From NCBI GenBank assembly GCA_036265125.1, contig DATAPP010000177.1, positions 26,505 through 90,504 of the forward strand: a stretch of DNA of 64,000 nucleotides, read 5' to 3'. This stretch comes from Pseudolabrys sp. (lineage in GTDB: Bacteria > Pseudomonadota > Alphaproteobacteria > Rhizobiales > Xanthobacteraceae). A program made the position numbers and the translations under genes. Below the pieces are notes generated by a model, which saw only the letters and a program-made list of their open reading frames with translations, did no database searches and was not told where the DNA came from. Shown one piece after another: positions 58,832 through 64,000 of the stretch. Within the stretch, counting starts at the first letter, position 1; each line of letters starts with the position of its first letter.

Positions 58832-59650
58832 CTATGCAGCGCGTTTCTCATACACATACTTGTCCAGATACTCGGCGAAACCCTCCTCCGTCGCCGCCAT
58901 GCTGGCGTATTCGGCAAGATGATCGGCGTCAGACGGATAAAAATCCGGCAACCCGAGCGGCCATGCGCCGCGCTCGGCGATTGCGATCGTTTCGACGTAG
59001 AAGCCCGGCAAGGTGCCGGCAGCAAGCATCGGATCATCCAGCAGATTGCCGTCGTGAATTTTTTCGACGGTCGCGATGGTCTTGTGCGCCGCATGGGCCA
59101 TTGTGGCCAATTCGCGTTGTCGTCCGATCCAGACATTGCCGAAACGATCCGCCATCGGCGCATGGATAAGCGCCACGTCCGGCTTGATCGCGGGCAACAG
59201 CACAATTGGGCCGTCGTTTGCGAACGGACTGTCGATCACTTTCCAGTCGTCACGATGTTTCAGGACATCCGAGCCGATAAGCCCGCGCAGCGGCATGAAT
59301 GGCACGCCTTTTTCAGATGCCTGCAGCGCCGCATGCAGCGCCGGGCAGGTGGCGTCCTTCATTTTGATCGCGCCCGATTTGATGGAGGCCGTGAAGCGCG
59401 GCGCCGGACCAAACTCACCGAGGCTCACCGCGCTCGTTTCAAGCGTTTCGACACAGCCGGCGCCGATCAGCAAATCAGCCTGCAGGCTCGAGGTTGGCAG
59501 TGCCACGAGGTGTATGCGTTTCACACCACGCCGTATGAGCGCGCGGGTCGCCGCCATCGGCACGCCCGAAACCTCGCGCGGCACCACCAACAAGCAGCCG
59601 TCGCCAACCGGCGCGAGTAACTCATCGAGTGATTTCGCCGGCTGAAACAT
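58832..59650 (-). CDS. Class I CoA-transferase-like alpha subunit (GctA/CatI-like)
   Basis: QADLLIGAGCV, A...GVPFMP.RG..GSD, PA..PDVALIHA..ADR.GN, TIATVEKI. Confidence 0.82.
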   Translation of the reverse strand: MFQPAKSLDELLAPVGDGCLLVVPREVSGVPMAATRALIRRGVKRIHLVALPTSSLQADLLIGAGCVETLETSAVSLGEFGPAPRFTASIKSGAIKMKDATCPALHAALQASEKGVPFMPLRGLIGSDVLKHRDDWKVIDSPFANDGPIVLLPAIKPDVALIHAPMADRFGNVWIGRQRELATMAHAAHKTIATVEKIHDGNLLDDPMLAAGTLPGFYVETIAIAERGAWPLGLPDFYPSDADHLAEYASMAATEEGFAEYLDKYVYEKRAA

Positions 59651-59661
59651 CGCGGCCTGCA

Positions 59662-59694
59662 AGGTTACGCGGCATTGATGCCGATAACCTTTTT
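59662..59694. promoter_or_regulatory. Inverted repeat in the divergent CoA-transferase/metF intergenic region
   Basis: AGGTTA-cg-CGGCAT-tg-ATGCCG-a-TAACCT followed by TTTT on the plus strand. Confidence 0.45.
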
Positions 59695-59742
59695 CCCATT
59701 GTTGCCCTTGCAACGTCCACTGGATTTTGCGACTTGGATTGG

Positions 59743-60660
59743 ATGCTTACCAACCTGCAGGACAAGCTGCGTTCCCGGCGCTTTGTAATCACTGCGGAAG
59801 TGACGCCGCCGGTATCGGCTGATCGTGCCGAACTGCTGGCTAAAGCGCTTCCACTGCGGGGGCTGGCCGATGCCGTCAACATCACCGACGGTGCGGGCGC
59901 ACGGCCCCATCTCGGTGCGGTTACGTCGGCCGCGATTCTTGTGGAGCAGGGCATCGAGCCGATACTTCAATTCACCTGCCGCGATCGCAATCGCATTGCC
60001 TTGCAGAGCGAATTGTTGAGCGCAGCAGCCTCCGGCATACACAATCTGCTGATGCTGCGCGGTGACGATCCGAGTGCCGGAGACCAGCCGGATGCCGTGC
60101 CCGTGTTCGATCTCGACCCGCGTTCGCTGCTCGAGACCGCGCGGCGGCTTCGCGACAACGGCGAATTGCCGACGGGCCGGAAGATCACCGGTCGCGCCGA
60201 TTTCTTCCTCGGCAGCGCCGACAATCCAGTCGATCCGCCCCCAGGCTGGCGCCCGACCGGATTGCAAGCCAAGGTCGTGGCCGGCGCGCAATTCGTGCAG
60301 ACTCAATTTTGCATGGATGCCGGCGTGGTGCGTCGATATATGGCGCGTCTCGCCGAACTCGGCATAACCGACGAACTGTCGATCCTGATCGGCATTGTGC
60401 CACTTCGCTCCGCCAAGTCGGCACGCTGGATCAAGGAAAAACTGTTTGGCGCCGTCATTCCCGACGCGCTGATTGATCGCATGGAGCGCGCAAGCGATCC
60501 GGCAGCTGAAGGCCGTCGCATTTGCATCGATATGGTCCGTGAGTTGGCGGACGTGCCGTCAGTAGCCGGTGTCCACATCATGGCGCCCGGCAACGATGCG
60601 GCCGTCCCCGAGATCATCAAGGCGGCGCGAGACAGCGTCTCCCGTCTCGCGCCGGCCTGA
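59743..60660 (+). CDS. metF: Methylenetetrahydrofolate reductase family protein
   Basis: FVITAEVTPP, AVNITD, TCRDRNR.ALQ, LRGDDP, KV.AGAQFVQTQ. Confidence 0.85.
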   Translation: MLTNLQDKLRSRRFVITAEVTPPVSADRAELLAKALPLRGLADAVNITDGAGARPHLGAVTSAAILVEQGIEPILQFTCRDRNRIALQSELLSAAASGIHNLLMLRGDDPSAGDQPDAVPVFDLDPRSLLETARRLRDNGELPTGRKITGRADFFLGSADNPVDPPPGWRPTGLQAKVVAGAQFVQTQFCMDAGVVRRYMARLAELGITDELSILIGIVPLRSAKSARWIKEKLFGAVIPDALIDRMERASDPAAEGRRICIDMVRELADVPSVAGVHIMAPGNDAAVPEIIKAARDSVSRLAPA

Positions 60661-60664
60661 TTGG

Positions 60665-62950
60665 TCAGCTCAGCGCCGATTTCACCCGATCCGGCGAGAA
60701 CGGCACGCGGCGGATGCGCACGCCGGTCGCATCGAAGATGGCGTTGGCGATAGCGGCCGCCACCGGCCGGATTGAGGGCTCACCGGCACCGCTGGGCGCG
60801 ATGTCCGGATAATTGATCAGGACCACGTTCACCTCGCCCGGCGTCTCCGTGATGTCGAGGATCGGGTAGGTAAGCCAGTCCACGCTGGTAACCGCCTTCC
60901 GGTCGAAGGTGACTTCTTCCCACAGAGTACGACTGACGCCCTGGACGATGTTGCCCTCGATACATTTCACCAATCCGTCTGGATTGATGATCTGTCCGCA
61001 ATCGTGCGCCACAGTGAATTTGCGCGCCCAGATCTTTCCGGTCGAGCGGTCGATATCCACTTCGGCGACGATGGCAACCCGCGTCCCGTTGCGTTGCGAG
61101 TAGGCGAGGCCACGGCCCGACACCTTGTTTCCGGTCTGATCGCGGCGCGGCGAGGGCCGCGATTGCCATCCGGATTTTTCGGCAACCGCCTTGAGCAATG
61201 CAATGTCGCGCGGTTCCTTGACATGGCGCAGCCGGAATTCGATCGGGTCGACATTGAGGGCAGCAGCCACCTCGTCAATGAACGACTCGCTGGCGAAGTG
61301 AATCTGCGGTCCGACCGGATCGCGCAAATGAGAAGTACGCAACGGCGATGAACGGTCGAGCAGTGGCGGGATTGTTTCCCACCCGGCCCGTTTGTTGTCG
61401 AAGGCGTAGGATTCCGCCGGGATGCCGAAGCCGTCACCCGATTTGAGATCGCCGCCGCGCGCCTGCCCGGCGAGCGTGTCGAACGGCTTGCTGCCGTTTG
61501 TGTCGACGTCGACGCGGGAGAATGCCTTGCTCATGAACTCGTAGGCGGTGACCTTGCCCGACGCGTCGATTGCGGCGCGCACCTTGTGCACGGAGGCCGG
61601 GCCTTTCGGATCCCAGCCGGTGCCCTGGTCGCGCATATATTGCAGACGTACCGGCTTTCCGACGCTTTTCGCGAGTATGGCGGCGTCCATGGCACAGTCG
61701 TCGGCATCGTTGCGGCCGTAGGAGCCGGGTCCCGTCTTCCAGATCACGTGAACACTTTCGGGCGGCACACCGAGCGTCGATGCGACGCCTTGTTGCACGA
61801 AGTGCGATTTTTGCGTGCCCGACCAGCACGTGATCTGGCCATCCTTGATTTCAACCAGAGCGCAGGCCGGCCCCATACTCGCGTGCGACTGGAATGGCCA
61901 TTCGTATTCGGCTTCGATCACCTTCGCGGCGCTCTTGAAAGCCTCATCGACATTGCCGTTTTCTTTTTCGATGTTGCGCTTGCGTACGCTGGCCTTGCGG
62001 ATGTGGTCATAAAGCGAGGCTTGATCGGGGAACGGTGGGTCAACCTGCGACCATTCAATCTTGAGCTGTTGGGCCGCCTGGATCGCATCCCATTCCTTGT
62101 CCGCGATCACGCCGAGGAAGCCTTTGTCCCAGACCGCTTTGGCGCCAGGAATGTCCTTGATAGAGCTTTCATCCACTTTCGTCGGCACGGCCCCCGCGAC
62201 GGCCGGACGGATCATCCGTCCATGCACCATGCCGGGCACCTTGATGTCGGTGACGAAGTTCTCCCGCGCGAAGACTTTTGGCGCCACATCTTCGCGCTTG
62301 ATCGGCTGGCCGACGATCTTGTGCTCGCTCGGTTTCTTTGGCTGAGCCTTGCCGGGCGCGTAAAGCGCGTTGCCGTATTGCTTGTTCCAGTCGAGCTGGA
62401 TGTTGAAATACTTGCCTCCGATCATTTGCGCGTAGGAAATGCGTTTCGACTTGTCGTCGCTTGCGCTCACCACGCCGTCAGTGACAGTGAGTTTATCGGC
62501 GGGCACAGACAACAGGCCTGCGGCCATCTCGACCAGTACGCGGCGGGCTTCCGCTGCCGCCATGCGCATTTGTTTGCCGCCCATCTGGATTCCGGTCGAA
62601 CCGGACGCGCCGCCCTGGTTCACCGAATTTCCGGTATCGCCCATGTAGACCGTGACGCTCTTGAAAGGAACGTCGAGCTCCTCGGCGACGATCTGTCCGA
62701 TCGCGACAAAGAGGCCGTGGCCCATATCCATCTTGCCGAAGAAGGCGGAAACCGTGCCGTCGGCATTGACCGCGATGTATGACGACAATTGATCCGGCGT
62801 CAGGGCCGGCTTGGCGCCCTGCGCGAAGGCCGCCTGGATCGACAATAAAGTGTCGATCGACACAGCACTGCCAACAGAAACCACCAATGCGCCACCGCCG
62901 AGCAAAATCGACCGGCGGGTGAAAGCGGAGGCTTGTTCGAATTTTGTCAT
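60665..62950 (-). CDS. IorB-like molybdopterin oxidoreductase large subunit with twin-arginine-like N-terminus
   Basis: FTRRSILLGG; GKMDMGHG, AEEL, GPGSYGR, LRDP, FASESFIDE.A, HDCG..INPDG, GAGEP. Confidence 0.9.
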   Translation of the reverse strand: MTKFEQASAFTRRSILLGGGALVVSVGSAVSIDTLLSIQAAFAQGAKPALTPDQLSSYIAVNADGTVSAFFGKMDMGHGLFVAIGQIVAEELDVPFKSVTVYMGDTGNSVNQGGASGSTGIQMGGKQMRMAAAEARRVLVEMAAGLLSVPADKLTVTDGVVSASDDKSKRISYAQMIGGKYFNIQLDWNKQYGNALYAPGKAQPKKPSEHKIVGQPIKREDVAPKVFARENFVTDIKVPGMVHGRMIRPAVAGAVPTKVDESSIKDIPGAKAVWDKGFLGVIADKEWDAIQAAQQLKIEWSQVDPPFPDQASLYDHIRKASVRKRNIEKENGNVDEAFKSAAKVIEAEYEWPFQSHASMGPACALVEIKDGQITCWSGTQKSHFVQQGVASTLGVPPESVHVIWKTGPGSYGRNDADDCAMDAAILAKSVGKPVRLQYMRDQGTGWDPKGPASVHKVRAAIDASGKVTAYEFMSKAFSRVDVDTNGSKPFDTLAGQARGGDLKSGDGFGIPAESYAFDNKRAGWETIPPLLDRSSPLRTSHLRDPVGPQIHFASESFIDEVAAALNVDPIEFRLRHVKEPRDIALLKAVAEKSGWQSRPSPRRDQTGNKVSGRGLAYSQRNGTRVAIVAEVDIDRSTGKIWARKFTVAHDCGQIINPDGLVKCIEGNIVQGVSRTLWEEVTFDRKAVTSVDWLTYPILDITETPGEVNVVLINYPDIAPSGAGEPSIRPVAAAIANAIFDATGVRIRRVPFSPDRVKSALS

Positions 62951-62961
62951 GACACCCTCCC

Positions 62962-63429
62962 TCAACCCATCATCGTCGCGGCGCGCTTGACCGCTTTGAG
63001 AATACTGATGTGCGTTCCGCAGCGGCACTTCAAACCTGAGAGCGCGTCTTTGATTTCGGCCTCGCTCGGGTTCTTTTTGTCGCGCAGGAATGCTGCCGCA
63101 GTCATCAGCCAGCCGTTGATGCAGTAGCCGCATTGCGGCACCTGCTCCTCGACATAGGCGGTCTGCAGTGGATGTGGTTTTTCGGGAGTGCCAAGACCCG
63201 CAAGCGTGGTGATCTTGGCGTCACCGACCGTTGAGATTGCGGTGATGCAGGAGCGTATCGGCTGGCCATCGAGATGCACGGTGCAGGCACCGCATTGCGC
63301 CAGCCCGCAACCGAAATGAGGATTGTTGAGTCCGAGGTCGTCACGCAGCGCATAGAGCAACGGCATATCGGGATCGGCGTTGACCGTGTGGGACGTGCCG
63401 TTGACGGTAAGTGCAAATCGTTGGGTCAT
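62962..63429 (-). CDS. IorA/CoxS-like (2Fe-2S) subunit
   Basis: FGCGLAQCGACTV, RSC, QCGYC.NG, CRCGTH. Confidence 0.93.
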   Translation of the reverse strand: MTQRFALTVNGTSHTVNADPDMPLLYALRDDLGLNNPHFGCGLAQCGACTVHLDGQPIRSCITAISTVGDAKITTLAGLGTPEKPHPLQTAYVEEQVPQCGYCINGWLMTAAAFLRDKKNPSEAEIKDALSGLKCRCGTHISILKAVKRAATMMG

Positions 63430-63640
63430 AGCGTTCAGCTCCCTGAACCAATATTAAAGCCGCAGGCTTACGGCCGGCGGCCCTTTGCGGATGCGTCTTT
63501 TGCCGACGCTTGCGGACCGCAGGCTAGTCCCGCACAGTGGATTTGGGAACGCCCGTGGCGATAAAATTGATGTTAGGATCACCGGAATAAAGGCCCTGTC
63601 AGAGGCCTTACGGAACCGGGGTCCATGGAGGAACTTCACG

Positions 63641-64000
63641 ATGCGCACCGCTATGACCAAGAGGGTCGCCGTTGGCGCAATCGCTGTTGCTGCGGTCTTT
63701 GCTGCCCTGTCGGTATCCGCTGCAGCGCAGGAAAAGGCATGGAAACACGGCTTGATCAACGCGAAGAGCGATGCTGGCATTTTTCTGATGGTATCGACGC
63801 GCGACTTTGCCAAAAAACAGGGTCTCAAGCTCGAAGTTTCGCAGTTCAAGGATGATCAGCTGGCGCTGAAGGCCCTGATCGCCGGCGAGCTCGATAGCTT
63901 CGAAGGCGGGCCACAGGGAGTATTTGCCGCCAATTCCAAGGGTGGCGACGTCAAGCTGCTTGGCTGTCATTGGGTGGTCGTCCCGCATGGCATCTATGCG
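63641..64000 (+). CDS. NitT/SsuA/THI5-like ABC substrate-binding protein (5' part, runs off the window)
   Basis: GGAGG RBS; signal peptide; F.KKQGLKLEV.QF......ALIAGELD. Confidence 0.75.
   Translation, partial: MRTAMTKRVAVGAIAVAAVFAALSVSAAAQEKAWKHGLINAKSDAGIFLMVSTRDFAKKQGLKLEVSQFKDDQLALKALIAGELDSFEGGPQGVFAANSKGGDVKLLGCHWVVVPHGIYA

Noticed and set aside
59651-59742. SAM or other riboswitch upstream of metF
   Set aside because: Region is short and lacks SAM-II/SAM-SAH consensus elements that I can recognise.
61586-62782. 398-aa plus-strand ORF
   Set aside because: Shadow of the IorB-like gene.
63460-63525. Direct repeat CCGCAGGCT x2 in the iorA/SBP intergenic region
   Set aside because: Only 9 nt and GC-rich; not distinguishable from chance.

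Overview
High-GC, gene-dense chromosomal segment, most likely from an alphaproteobacterium of the Hyphomicrobiales (Rhizobiales). This is inferred from a GcrA paralogue, CtrA-like boxes, Bug/TctC receptors, an IF-1 with a C-terminal extension and a Rhizobiales-type Gly-rich secreted protein. I saw no rRNA, tRNA, CRISPR array, transposase, integrase or phage structural gene. The window is mostly accessory catabolism and transport. (1) 0.1-16.8 kb: two convergent catabolic/transport operons. One encodes an XRE-cupin regulator, a PuuE-like deacetylase, a formamidase-family amidase, NitT ABC membrane parts, a cupin and an FAH hydrolase. The other encodes a sugar-type ABC transporter, tandem CocE/NonD hydrolases, a racemase/maleate-isomerase homologue lacking the catalytic Cys pair, a flavin monooxygenase and a Bug receptor. 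(2) Aldo-keto reductase and gltIJKL. (3) 22.4-29.7 kb: an amino-sugar/MurNAc salvage locus headed by a murA that is translationally coupled to a BadF-type sugar kinase, followed by murQ and an SIS deaminase, with divergent nagA and a convergent DOMON-like/namZ pair. (4) gcrA paralogue, small RHH-like gene, secreted Rid protein, Bug, an LVIVD beta-propeller carrying a sigma70-region-3-like insert, and an S10 peptidase. (5) rhlE-infA. (6) CoA-transferase, crotonase, Fe3+-type ABC, PrpD, SDR and aldehyde dehydrogenase cluster. (7) Orphan molybdo-hydroxylase large subunit, amidohydrolase and Ldh_2. (8) RlpA-like gene and mlaEFD. (9) Tandem Gfo/Idh/MocA genes, CoA-transferase-like alpha/beta, metF-like gene, IorAB-like pair and a truncated ABC binding protein. 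Best candidates for undescribed biology are the murA-headed MurNAc salvage locus, the His-rich LVIVD propeller with a sigma-like insert, the 0.1-16.8 kb catabolic pathway with its structured leader RNA, and several enzyme homologues lacking canonical catalytic residues. All family calls come from motif recognition by eye; no database search or folding program was run. Several start codons were moved downstream of the ORF-track starts using RBS and homology cues.
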